NCBI GenBank assembly: GCA_951406725.2
Contig: OX597817.1
Coordinates: forward strand, 32,798,001-32,862,000
Source of the DNA: Octopus vulgaris
Taxonomy: Eukaryota
Length of the DNA: 64,000 bases
Direction of reading: 5' to 3'
Shown here: positions 39,194 to 52,477 of the stretch, piece by piece
Layout of the letters: each line of letters begins with the position of its first letter
Numbering within the stretch: the first letter of the stretch is position 1
Made by a program: the position numbers and the translations under genes
The notes under the pieces: generated by a model
Told to the model about the DNA's origin: nothing
Seen by the model: only the letters and a program-made list of their open reading frames with translations
The model's database searches: none

Positions 39194-39567
39194 AGGCGTA
39201 TGAGTGGCTGTGTGGGAAGTAGCTTGCTTACGAACTACATGGTTCCAAGTTCAGTCCCACTGCGTGGCACCTTGGGCAAGTGTCTTCTGCTATAGCCTCG
39301 GGTCGACCAAAGCCTTGTGAGTGGATTTGGTAACGGAAACTGAAAGAAGCCAGTCATATATATGTATGTGTGTGTATATGTTTGTGTGTCTGTGTTTGTC
39401 CCCCCCCCCCAACATCGCTTGACAACTGATGCTGACTGATAGAATAGGTACTAGGCTTACAAAGAATAAGCCCTGGGGTTGATTTGCTCGACTAAAGGCG
39501 GTGCTCCAGCATGGCCACAGTCAAATGACTGAGACAAGTAAAAGAGTAAAAGAGAGAGTAAAGAGTA
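39194..39567 (+). mobile_element. SINE family A
   Basis: Full layout with an internal deletion. An older minus-strand relic follows at about 39650-39850. Confidence 0.88.
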
Positions 39568-40413
39568 GTCTCTTGAATACATTGGATGAAGCTGAATAAA
39601 AATTCTCAGTTTTTAGACTTGAGTTAGGGATCAGCAATTACATTTCTTATATCTTTTCCTTGTTCCAATCGTTGAACTGTGGCCATGCTGGGGCATTGCC
39701 TTGAAGATTTTATTTGAAAGAACTGATCCCAGTACTTACTTTCTTGAAGCCTGGGACCATAGTAGAAGACACCCGATTTGCCATGCATTGAGACTGATCC
39801 CCAAACCACGTGTTTGGGAAGCAAGCTTCGTGCCATACCACCACGGCAATAGAAGAGGTTTCTTTCTTTCTTTTTTTCTTTCTTAGATTATATGAAAAAC
39901 ATCTGACGTTAAAGAAATACGGAAGTAGAAAAAGAAAAATGCTTCAGTTACTAATGTTTTCAACATTGAAACATGAAGAAAAATATAAACATTTTCTTTC
40001 TGTTTTTTTTTTTTGTTTTTTTTTCTGAAACCTTGTGTTTAACGCAAATCAGTGGAGTTACTCATTAATTTTCATTTTAAAGTTATTTCAGTTTCAGTAT
40101 ATTAATTAATAGATGATGCATTTGTGTAACGAAATCTCTGTATCAAACTGGGATTGAAGCTGGTGTCCATTTGCGTAACAGACTCGTGTGAATGCTAATT
40201 TATACACATCATCAATGAAAAATGTAGAAATTAGATATGGAAGTAGGTAGTATCTGTTTGTCAAGCATATCAGTTGCTGGTTTTCTGTAACATTGTCAAT
40301 ATGGTTTATTGACATTTCTTATTCTCAATGCTTTCTGTTGGAACAGAGAATATTTCCAGTCAGGCAGAGTTATCTGGGGAAATTGGAGATTAGCTATTTT
40401 AATTATGTACATG

Positions 40414-40445
<32 letters not shown>

Positions 40446-40455
40446 TGTGTGTGTG

Positions 40456-40486
<31 letters not shown>

Positions 40487-40505
40487 ATATATATATATAT
40501 GTGTT

Positions 40506-40554
<49 letters not shown>

Positions 40555-42740
40555 ATGTATGCACACTGATGTGTATATGTGTGTGCACACACTTTCTTTT
40601 ACAATACAGTAACTAATACTTGAAACTTAGGTACATGCTTTCTTTTATGTAGAACGGTATTCTCATCAATAAATAAAACTCACAACTCACTATATACTTA
40701 CTCATGTATCTAAGTTTATTCTAACACATGTGCCTAAACTTAGACAACATATTGACTTACATACACACACACACACACTTGGTCACACACACACTTCATA
40801 AATATGCACTTAACACATTTAGTTTTCTTCTTAAATGCACATTTAAAATTACATTTGTGAGGGTATACTTTTGAATTTGTACTTAGTATTACATGTACCG
40901 AAGCATATTTTGTATGCATAATTCATTATACACTAATGTATAAATTTTTATATACTCAGTGTTAATACAGGCATACAGATACAAACACTGAAATGCACAC
41001 GTTTTCACTGTTATATGGAATTTACTGTTGCTCTCTCACACGCATGCGCGCACACACACACACACATTAATACAGGTATGCATAAATATTTACAAACATC
41101 TCTATGCACCTGCATCTGTTTCCATAGAAGCACTTAATACTTATTTAGACCATCTTGCTTGTATGTACATAATTACATTCACACACACACTCATTGCTAT
41201 CTGGTTACAAAACAAAACTTGACAAAAACTTAGCACTTTAACACTCACACAAGTGTGTACTTACACCTGTGTGTTGTTACACACATTCTCTTATACACAC
41301 ACACACACACACACACATTCTTACAGTGTAGCTGTTTAGTTACAGGTAGGCAAATTGCACATGAATCTATAGATGTATATGCTTATAAAACAAGTTTACA
41401 TTTCACATTGTGTGTGTGTGTTAGAGTTCAAACACACACACACACACATGTGACATATACTTGCACAGGTACACACACACATGTGACACATACTTGCACA
41501 GCTACACACAGGGATATTTTTACTAAGAAGATACTGAAACTTGTCAGTACAAATATATATGACACATCCTTGAATCAATAGTCGCATAGCTGCATGCTCA
41601 TATATTTTTAGGCTTTTCACTTATGTAAATATGTTTAGACATTTGAACACACGTGTGGCAGAAGAAGGATGCACTTGTATGCTAGCAGTCACTTGCAGTT
41701 ATATGAATGTATATGCATCAAACATGCAAGCAACATGCTATATTATATAAGAAAATTCATATCAAATACATATTTATGAGCATGTATATATGGATTTCAA
41801 GTGCAAGCTAGTTTTATAAATTGTTTAATTTTACTTTAGTGAAAGCAAGCACTGTATTTTTGAATTATCTCTCTTGACAAATTACTTGAGAACAACTGAG
41901 TTGCTGCCTCTTATCACGACAGTTACATTCTAAGGATACAGTAGCTTGGACATGTAGTTAGGATAGCTGGCATCTTTTACTTAGTTAAGGAATCATGTAG
42001 TCTGTTACACTTTTTCAAGTCCTACTTACAACAGAAAATTCTGCTATATGCAACCATGGGTTAGATGTCAGATTTTTCACAAGAAAGCATTTTAAGATTT
42101 TAACAGGAGTGACAAATGGAAGTAAAGTGGAATGAAGTGCTGGAACAAAGTTTTGATTCCAAAATGACAAACGGTTAAGTATGAGAAGGAAACAAAAAAT
42201 GAAAAAGAGAAAGATCCGTATTGCTGCTTAGCAACCAGAAAAGTTTATGGCAGAAACATATGGCTAAGCAAAACAGGATACCATGATTTTTTTTTTTGTT
42301 TTGTTTTTTCTTCTATAAATGATAGGAAATAATGAGATGGATAGTATGAAGTGAAAATGTTGTGATATTAAAGGAACAACACTATTTGAGTTAATTATCG
42401 TCATATAATGAGAATGTAGATTGGGTAGAGAAGTTGATAGTGTTGTGTCAAGCAACGCATTGCATCAGCAGTTACTATACTTGACTCTGAAATATCTCAG
42501 TTCAGCCAGCTATGAATAGGTAGTGCAGGGTAGGAACAAACCATTGTCCTAAGCAGTGGAAATACTGTGTTATTGGCAAAGGGATTTGTTAAATTGCATT
42601 GCTGAGTTCAAATCCTCAAGTGGGCTTGGGAGAAGACTACAAGATAAATAAAACTCACAACTCACTATATACATACACTCATGTATTTAAGTTTATTCTA
42701 AAATATGTGCCTAAACATATTGACAACATATCAACTCTCT

Positions 42741-42777
<37 letters not shown>

Positions 42778-43019
42778 CTTGCTCTCTCTCTCTCTCTCTC
42801 TTGCTCTCTCTCTCAGTTTAATCATTTTTCATGCATACATATCTGTGTGGATGGATGAGGGGATAGGATAGTGACAGAGTAGTTACAAGGTGTGCAGCTT
42901 ATGTCCTTTTATGGGCACTGCATTGTATCAGTGGTTAGGACAATTATCTTTCAAATATCCTTCTATGTAATTGTAAATATGTAGTGAGTTGAATCAAGCT
43001 ACACTCTCCACTCCATCTT

Positions 43020-43700
43020 TTTCCAGGAAGACGTCTCTACATACATAAAAATCCATTCTCTCCACTTCTCAACTCTCTCATCTGTGGATCTCAATTAAAA
43101 TGATTTCCAGTTTTGTTTTAAAAGTATTTTTTTCTATTACTTTAAATTCATTAGCTATCCTTACTCTTCAGACACTTCTAATTCACATCAGTTCTTTGAA
43201 TATTTCTTGTCACATATTGTTATATCGCATGTTCGGATGCCCTCTACTCAACTCCTTGACGTCTAGACTTCTCCCTCTATATCTACGTATTGGGCTAACC
43301 TACATCATCGTCTGGGGGCGTCGACACAACACATATTGAAGACATCTCTCTTATTTCACCTTTCTCTGAAATCTTCCTTCTTGGTGACATCAATACATAC
43401 AACTTTTGGATCTTGCACTACTTTCACGAAGGATCTGCTAACCTACCAATGTCTCTGATACACAGCTGTACACTAAACACCCTTGATCTGTTTCTCATTT
43501 CCAAATCTAACACCTACCCAACTATCATGTTTTCTGCACCCACTGGATTGGATTGACTGATTAGCGCCTAATCATAGTGATATGCCTTACAAGCTCCTCC
43601 CGTCTCTCACCCAAATCTAAAATCTCCAAGTGGTTTACTGCATCTAACTGTGAAAGTTTTATATTCACAGCTGCAAAACCAACGAGGAAAGCAGATTATA
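43020..43700 (+). mobile_element. Degenerate CR1-like LINE AP-endonuclease relic
   Basis: Fragments translate to ISPFSEIFLLGDIN and NTLDLFLIS..SAPTG, matching the APE motifs LLGDFN and TLDLFLTS..PLGxSDH; boundaries approximate. Confidence 0.6.
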
Positions 43701-44623
43701 TTTTTATGTCACACACAGCCTGCAAGCTTTCTAGCTTCTCTCATTACAGCAAGTACTTTTAGTTCCTTTCCAGAAGAGTCTCTGCTAATTTTACATAATC
43801 TAAATATGATTTTGTCAGTCTTATATCATCATTACTTCAAGTACAGAGAAGCTTTACTTTGCTAAGGAGATGAGAATAAGACCGAAACATGCTCAAAGTT
43901 GTTCTTGAATTTGTTGTGCTATATAAGTTTTTGATTATTAGCATTTTCTTTTATTCCTGCATATTTATTTCACAGCTGATTTTTTTTTTTTTTTTGCTGC
44001 TTCCTGAATTAAATATCATTTGGCTTTTTTTTTTTTTCGTGAGAACTCTGTTTCTGAATTATTTAATTTCCAAATGATTGCATCTATGTGTCATACTTAA
44101 TTCAAAAACATCATGAAAAGTCAAATTAACTGTAGTTTTTATCTGGAAATAATATCTCTTATGGATGTGTTTAAAAATGCAAATATATCAATAGCAAAGG
44201 AAAATTCTCCAGTAGTACTGATGAGAATGTTAGATGTGCATTTCTGCGTCATTGAGCTTCATCAGTAACATATACTCACTGGCAACTGCATGCTAAAATA
44301 AATTCCATCATCATTGAGATAGTAATTTATTCATCACTACTTTGACAACTGCAGCTTTTTTCGTAAACATGTAGATTTCTCAGATAGGTAGAAAGCTTTT
44401 GTAGGTAGTTGGATCCTTTAGATAACTGATATTTATTTTGTTAACCCCTGGATAAATGAAAGACTAAGTTAACCTTTTGAGATCAGAACTCAGAACCTGG
44501 ATCAAAACTAAATACTCAAAGTACATCTAGTTAGGTTCTCTATAGTTTCTGACCTTCTGTTATTTTCTCCCTGTAAACAGTATGAAACTGCACATTTGTA
44601 AACAACATTTGATAGACAGATAG

Positions 44624-44657
<34 letters not shown>

Positions 44658-44918
44658 AGTGTGTGTGTGTGTGTGTTCCAAGTGGGAATTTGTTTTGGTT
44701 TTGAATTATTGTTTACAAGTATATATTTGGGTATATTCATGTTTGTGAGTAATGCTGGAGGGAGTGATATTTTCATAAAGTGCCTAATTTATAATGATCT
44801 CCAAGTTGATAAATGGTGATGGAAATTGTCCTGCAATGTAAGTGTATATACATGATGGCATTTAAGTTTATATTCAATGGGTTTACATTCACATTACTCT
44901 AGGTTGAGTGATTCAATG

Positions 44919-44964
<46 letters not shown>

Positions 44965-45516
44965 TGTCTGCCTGCTTGCCTGCCTATGAACTTACTGTAT
45001 TTAGTCATACAATGGTGGCTTTAATATAATATGCCCCCTCTCTGCAGCATTAAAAAAATGTTTAAACCTAAAAGTCTGTCATATGTTCCATCTTCTCTAT
45101 ACTTGGGTATTATGCTACACCATAATTTTTACTCTGTTTTGTATTGAATTTCTTGTCTTATATGCAAGTAAATATGGTATATATTAAACATGGACATACT
45201 TAAAATGTATGCTCTGAAAATACTGGCGTTTGGCTAAATAGAAAAATTGTTGTAAATCTAAGAATCGACTAGCCTCATGGTATTTAAACTTACCAAATTT
45301 TTTGTTGCTATGCAAAGTATATTGGATCTATATCGGATCTATGTGAAGTATATTGGATCTTTCCCACTCCAGGTATTTGAATAAAAGAAACTCCTCTGTG
45401 CAAAACATTTGTGATAGAAACATAATTGCACAAGACAATACTCGAAAAGTGTGGTAATTTATTTTTGGTTTTTTGTAGTCATTACAGCAAAGGCCATGCA
45501 TAAACTAGCATCCCTT

Positions 45517-45673
45517 GCAGGAGTGGCTGTGTGGTAAGTAGCTTGCTTACCAACCACATGCTTCTGGGTTCGGTCCCACCGTGTGGCACCTTGGGCAAGA
45601 GTCTTCTACTATAGCCTCAGGCTGACCAAAGCCTTGTGGGTGGATTTGGTAGACGGAAACTGAAAGAAGCCCG

Positions 45674-45704
<31 letters not shown>

Positions 45705-45866
45705 CTATGGGCTTCTTTCAGTTTCTGACTACCAAATCCACTCACAAGGCTTTGGTTGGCCTGGGGCTATAGTAGAAGACACTTGCCCAAGGTGCCATGC
45801 ACTGGGACTGAACCTGGAACCATGTAATTCATATGCAAGCTACTTATCACACAGCCACTCCTATGC
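45517..45866. mobile_element. Two SINE A 5' halves in inverted orientation around a (TA)n tract
   Basis: 45518-45675 (+) and 45708-45862 (-) are reverse complements of each other. Confidence 0.92.
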
Positions 45867-47392
45867 ACTTTCAATGACAAATGGAATAAAAAAATATCTC
45901 TTATTTGGAAAAAACAGGTAAGAGTTAGCAATAGGAAGGGCATCTGGTCATAAAACCTGGCTCAAATAGAAGTCATTCAACATAAAAAAAGACATAAAAT
46001 GAAAAAAATGTGAATAAATATAGTTTTCTTCTTATTACTGTTTTAAAAAATATCTTCCTTATTTTAGCATTACTGTTATTTCTAATTTAAAGTATGAGTG
46101 TGAATTCTAATTTGTTTTAGTGCTAATTCTTGTGAACTGAAGCCATTACTTTCTCTCTCTGATTATACCAAAAGTCACATTCTACTTGATGTAAAGTTTG
46201 CTTCATAGATACAAAATAGTCTCCTCGTGTTGCATTCTTTCTACACATTATTCCTAAACAGTTTTTTTTTTCTTCCTTGTCTTTAAAGTAATATTTTCTT
46301 TAAAGTGATATTTTCTCAGGTTTGGGTAACAACACAAGAAATATTTATACTGTAAATGTTTGAAAAACACAAAAGAAAATTCCTTGAGTGTTTTTATTTG
46401 TTTGACTTTTTGTGTGTGTTTTTCCCTCACATTTATTTTTCACTGCCAGCTGTTGAAATCCTGTTGATATTTCTTCCAAGTCTCCTCTCTTTTCGTTTCT
46501 TCTCTTCTGTGTAAATTATGCCTGTCCTCTGAAATAGACAGAAAAATCATTTAAGTCTTACTTTGGTCAGGCTTGAATACGATTTCCAAACCCCTGGGCA
46601 TTTTTTTTTTTTTTTTTTTTCAAATGAAAGGAATTTCACACAAGTGCTGACAGCTCTTGTTTTTAAGCAATTTTTTTAATGCAACGCCTTTGCTTTTGTA
46701 GAATATCGTCCCTTAAGAAAACTACTGGAGGAGCCACAATGTATTTTTGTTTTCATTCATTCAATAGTCAGACAAACACAACCTAGCATGCTCTACTGTC
46801 TCTCATATTTTTCTTCACAGATTAGCTCTTATTTAGGATATCAAGTTTCACTCATTACCGTTTCAGTGTCATAATCCAAGTTTTAGTTACTATTTCAGCA
46901 TAGAGGATTAAATTGTGTGCGTTTTATGTGCTTCCATGCATGTGTATGTTGTCTGTAGTTATGTCTGTGGTGTGTACATGTATTTTATGTATATAACATA
47001 TATGGTTTAGGTTTTAAGTATAAATTATATAAAGAAAGCATTGGCCTAAGCATAGCTGCTTGACGAGATGTGTGGCTCAACTCCCATGGTAGCCTCTGTT
47101 TTAGGCCCAGTCATGGAAATTAGGTAGCAGGGAGCACACTTTTTCACTGGGATGGGGTGGAGTGGGAACTTATAGCAGCTAGGCCCCTCCTTTCAGCCTC
47201 ACAGTTCCTAGAACCCAATTCGCATCACACTGCTTAGGCCCTTTTGTAATTGTCATATAAAGTAGTTTGCTTCCCAACCACATGATTTCAGGTTCAGTTC
47301 CACTGCGTGGCACCTTGGGCAAGTGTCTTCTATTATAAAACCTTGTGAGCAGATTTGGTAGATGAAAGCTCATCCTGTGTGTGTGTGTGTGT

Positions 47393-47762
47393 GTGTGTTG
47401 ACATAGAGTAATTGTTGTAAATGAATATTCCAATATTGTTGTATTTAGGAATGGTCATTTTGCCAGTTTAGCCAATAAAAAAACATGCACTATATATTTG
47501 GTGTTACTTTGCTTCAGCGTTATTTATTTTTTACAATAATCTTAATCTTATTTCGGCCAGAGTTCTTTCGTCACACTTCTGTGACCTCAACAGTGGTCCT
47601 TTGCTTTCTTCTTTCTTATTTGTGTATCTCTCCTTACTAACGGTCAGCCATTTTGTATCTTGTATTCCTATTGTAACACAAAATATATAGTGCGTGTGTT
47701 TTTATTGGCTAAACTGGCAAAATGACCATTCCTAAATACAACTATATCTGTTTCAACACACG
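47393..47762. mobile_element. Element with about 70-bp inverted repeats, possibly Penelope-derived
   Basis: 47438-47507 is the reverse complement of 47673-47742; the spacer holds a degenerate hammerhead-like core on the minus strand. Confidence 0.65.
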
Positions 47763-47969
47763 ATTTCACATCAAAAATCTTGCAAAACAAATATATAAAC
47801 AGATATTCCAATATTTTGCAAAAACATGTTTGGGCACGGGGAAGTAGATGCCAGGAAGGGTATCTGGCTGTAGAAAATCTGACTGAAGTAACTGTCTGAC
47901 CCAAAGCAAAGTAGAGAAGTAGACATTATATTTTTTGCTTTTCTGAATTCTTTATTTTTGTACAACATC

Positions 47970-48502
47970 CCGCTGTGCCTGAGGAGACCTATTGAGTCAA
48001 GTACATGAACATCGAAATAAATATCAATGGAAATAGTAGTTGTGATACCTGTGCCGGTGGCACATAAAAAGCACCATCCGAACATGGCCGATGCCAGCTC
48101 CGCCTCGACTGGCTCCTGTGCCGGTGGCACATAAAAAGCACCATCCGAACGTAGCCGATGCCAGCGCCGCCTCAACTGGCTTCTGTGCCGGTGGCACATA
48201 AAAAGCACCATCCGAACATGGCCGATGCCAGCACCGCCTTGACTGGCTTCCGTTCCGGTGGCACGCTAATAGCACCAACCGATCGTGGGCGATGCCAGAC
48301 TCCCCTGGCACCTGTGCCGGTGGCACGTAAAAAGTACCCACTACACTCGTGGAGTGGTTAGCATTAGGAAGGGCATCCAGCTGTAGAAACACTGCCAGAT
48401 CAGACTGGAGCCTGGTGCAGCCTCCTGGTTTCCCAGACCCCGGTCGAATCGTCCAACTCGTGCTAGCGCGGAAAACGGACATTAAACGATGATGATGATG
48501 AT
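47970..48502 (+). mobile_element. Long family D copy with a 67-bp internal tandem array
   Basis: Units start at 48048, 48115, 48182, 48249 and 48311; ends in (GAT)n. Confidence 0.9.
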
Positions 48503-48856
48503 AATTGATGTGCTCAACAAAACAGGAGTGAAGTGTGCAGCAAGCAACAGCTTAGTTGCATGAGTTTAGTAATGACTAGACAAAGTCCGGCAAGCTTGAT
48601 AATGAAGTGTTAGAGGAGATCTAGATATCTGTTTACTAATGTAATAATATCTATGTGTACACACATGTTCATACATTAAACACACTTATTATTGCAATCG
48701 ATACAGCTTTTAAAAAAAGCAGAAAATATTTTTCTGTATTTTAATTAATGTGTTTATGATTTAGAGATTGTTAATGTTAAGAAGACCAAAATTTTGTGTT
48801 ATCTGTATCACTGTAATCCATAAGCCCAATAGATCAAATCCTAGCCCATTCAAAGC

Positions 48857-48905
<49 letters not shown>

Positions 48906-50064
48906 CACATCCGTATGCAAGCATATGAATTCGCACACGTGTGTACACATAATGAAACACACACTCTCTCTGCCTCTCTCTCTCTTTTTCAATATCCCTT
49001 TAATTTTTTGTTGTCACATTCATGATTATCATTCTTAGCCTTAATATTTTTTTATTATTTCATTTACTTTACTTCTCTATAAAAAGAGACACATCATATA
49101 TATTTTACATCTATTATGAAATAAATCTTATATTTTTATATATGTTGACATGGCTGGTCTTTTGAGACTGCCCCACACCTACTCATTGTCACAATTTGGT
49201 TATCTTTCCTTGATTTAGATTTACAATATAGTCTTACTTTACTCTACCACTAACTTCTGTTTCTGCAGTAGCTGTTGCTTTCATCTTTTTCTTTTTTCTT
49301 TTTACACTTGTTTCAAAAAATGTGTTGCATGTTGAATGCCTGTTCTTTCAGATATAGAGCAAGGCATGTTATATGGTTGAATATCTTATTTTAAGGTCTG
49401 TTCAATGCTATACTTTTTATATCCATTTATTTTCCCTTTGGAGTCTCTTAAGATTTGAATTTATTTAATAGAAAACTGACTTTTGCATGTGTAATAATAA
49501 TAATATTAATGGTGGTATTTTGAATAAATAGAAAGCGTGTTTTTATTTTTTAAATTAAAGAAGAAGAAAAAAAAAGGCATAATCAAAGCCCCACAGATCA
49601 ATAAAATCTGATCTTGCAATATTTGCAAGGTCAGAAATAGGAGAACAATATTTAGACATCATAAAATGCCTAGTATTATGGTCTGCTGTTCATTTCAATT
49701 CTGTTTAGCCCCAGGCTAACCAGAGCCATTTGTGTAGATTCGGTAGATGAAAAACTGAAAGAATCTTTGTGTGTGTGTGTGTGTGTGTGTGTATGAGTGT
49801 GTGTGTGTGTGTGTGTGTGTGTATGTTTGTGTGTGTGTACCCTTGTCTTGACATCATGTGATGAATGTAAACAAGTTTCACTATCATACAAGTGATGTTT
49901 TATTCCAGTCTTCCACAAAAAAACAAAATCTACCTCAGGGGAAATATTACCTTGCTTGGAAATTGGTAATTTGGTAACAGGAAGAGCATCTGGCTGTAGA
50001 AAATCTGTTTCAACAAATTCTATCTGACTCATGCATGTATGGAAAATAGGACTTTCAATGATGA

Positions 50065-50462
50065 TACTCTTTTACTTGTTTCACTGCGGCCATGCTGGAG
50101 CACCGCCTTTAGTCGAGCGTATTGACCCCAGGACTTATTCTTTGTAAGCCTAGTACTTATTCTATTGGTCTCTTTTGCTGAACCGCTAAGTTACGGGAAC
50201 GTAAACCCACCAGCATCGGTTGTCCAGCGATGTTGAGGGGACAAACCTAGACACAGAAACAAACAAACACACACACACATGCACGTTCGCGCACGCGCGA
50301 CAGGCTTTGTTCAGTTTCTGTCTACCAAATCCACTCACAATGCTTTGGTTGCCTTGAAGCTATAGTAGAAGACACTTACCCAAGGTGCCACACAATGGGA
50401 CTGAATCCGGAACTATGTGGTTCGTAAGTAAGCTACTTACCACACAGCCACTCCTATGCCTA
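50065..50462 (-). mobile_element. SINE family A, tail-to-tail with a family H copy (49700-50064)
   Basis: Family A pattern on the minus strand. Confidence 0.88.
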
Positions 50463-50523
50463 TGATAATAGCAAAAATTAACTATAATCCTTAAAACTGA
50501 CTATGAAAACTCAGCTTATATTT

Positions 50524-51129
50524 TTAGCTCTTTAGCATTTAAATGACCTTATTTGGCCAAAATATTTTATCTGTTTTTATGTTCAAACCGGCCAGATCCA
50601 GCCTCTCCCACTTACCCTACAAGATTATTCTAAAAATAAACAATCGTATATATGTATATATATATATGTATGTGTGTGTGTTTGTGTGTCTGTGTTTGTT
50701 CCCCTAGCATTACTTGACAACCGATGCTGGTGTGTTTATGTCCCCGTCACTTAACGGTTCGGCAAAAGAGACCGATAGAATAAGTACTGGGCTTACAAAA
50801 AGAATAAGTCCCGGGGTCGAGTTGCTTGACTAAAGGCGGTGCTCCAGCATGGCTGCAGTCAAATGACTGAAACAAGTAAAAGAGTAAAGAGTAATCACAT
50901 CGCCAAAATCTCAAAGCTACAAAATAATGCATGATTAATTCAATGATATTTTTAAAAGTAGGTATAAAGGAATTTCTTAAAGAAAAGATTGTATAATTGA
51001 TTTATTCAATTTGTGTTGCTGTTGAGTATTGTGGAAGAATGAAATGTAAGGTAGACTTTAAACAATGATGATGAATGCGAATAAATAGTCATTAGTTTTA
51101 ACAGAATAATGTGAATGCTAAAAGGTTAA
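50524..51129. mobile_element. MITE family F, interrupted twice
   Basis: ttagctctttagcattt..gaatgctaaaaggTTAA; contains a SINE A 3' half (50646-50892) and a locally copied segment (50945-51060). Confidence 0.78.
50646..50892 (+). mobile_element. 5'-truncated young SINE A with AATC duplication
   Basis: Starts at the microsatellite; AATC on both sides where intact F has a single aatc. Confidence 0.85.
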
Positions 51130-51350
51130 CCCTTTTAATATCATCTGCTTGAGATTACTCCTGGTATTCATGATAGGAACTTATTTTATAGTGATCTATA
51201 TCAAAGCCTTCCATTAGTGTTTCGTTTTAATTTACGTTCCAACACCAGATTAATAATGACTTTTATTTTACTAAATCCTTCATTATTTTGAAAATTAATT
51301 AAAACAAGATCAATATATTTCAGCAGAAATATGGTAACAAAAAGGGTTAA
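51126..51350. mobile_element. Diverged family E-related MITE sharing a TTAA with the F end
   Basis: TTAA-CCCTTTT..GTAACAAAAAGGG-TTAA; internal ttttactaaatccttcattat..cagaaatatggtaac. Confidence 0.75.
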
Positions 51351-52095
51351 TGTATCAATTAACTTTTGTTATAAAATAAATCTAGTAGAATTATGCAATT
51401 ATAATGATAATAATTTCATTAGGAGGCTCAAGGTCAATCTTTGCTTGAGAGAAGTATAGTTGTTTGAACTGACCCTCGTGTATTACAAAGAAATTATCTT
51501 TATACTCTTCCACTTCTGTTCTGTTGTTGGTGGTGGTGGTGATTGTTGCATCAATGTTGGCAATATGGTTAATGCTGTAACACGATATTTTTAAAAGTAT
51601 GTATAAAGGATTTTTTTTTCAAAGAAAGGTTATAAAATTGATTTATTCAGTCTGTGTTGCTGTTGGGTATATTTTGTGGAAGAATGAAATGTAAGGTAGA
51701 TTTTAGTTGTTTTGAACTGGCAAGTGGGACATCTTTAGCTAAATATCATAAAACATCTAAGCATGAATCTTTATTGTATTGCAGAAATGTTACTGCTTTA
51801 CTAATGATAATAATAATAATAATTTCTAATTTAGGCAAAAATTGAGTAATTTTTATGGGAGAAATTAATCAATTTAAGTGAACCTACTACTTAACTGACC
51901 CTCTATTTTATTGACTCCAAAAGAATGAAAGCAAAGTTGCAACTTGTGAATGGTAGTTTCATTGTTAGTTAGAGGTTCTAAAGGGAGACAATCACCAGTT
52001 CACTATATTCCTTTCAGTGATAGTGACAAGGGTGTATCTGTAACTTGGTGCAGAACAAGTGTCACAAAGGACATTATCCTTAAAACACTGGTGTA

Positions 52096-52477
52096 TTCTC
52101 TTTTACTCTTTTACTTGTTTCAGTCATTTGACTGCAGCTATGTTGGAGCACCGCCTTTAGTCGAGCAAATCGACCCTAGGACTTATTCTTTGTCAGCCTA
52201 GTACTTATTCTATCGGTGTCTTTTGCTGAACCGCTAAGTTACGGGGACTTAAACACACCAGCATCGGTTGTCAAGCGATGTTGGGGAGACAAACACAGAC
52301 ACACATATATATACATATATACAACAGGCTTCTTTCAGTTTCCGTCTACCAAATCCACTCACAAGGCTTTGGTTGGCCCGAGGCTATAGAAAAACACTTG
52401 CCCAAGGTTCCATGCAGTGGGACTGAACCCAGAACCATGTGGTTGGTTAGCAAGATACTTACCACACAGCCACTCCT
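52096..52477 (-). mobile_element. SINE family A
   Basis: Family A pattern on the minus strand. Confidence 0.9.

Noticed and set aside
46310-46345. Candidate next RAPGEF exon (ttctcag|GTTTGGG)
   Set aside because: FG is followed at once by TAA in frame; no similarity to the expected FGKR.. peptide.
48048-48340. CRISPR-like look (palindromic repeat plus variable part)
   Set aside because: The between-repeat parts are homologous to one another, the array lies inside a eukaryotic retroposon, and there are no cas genes.
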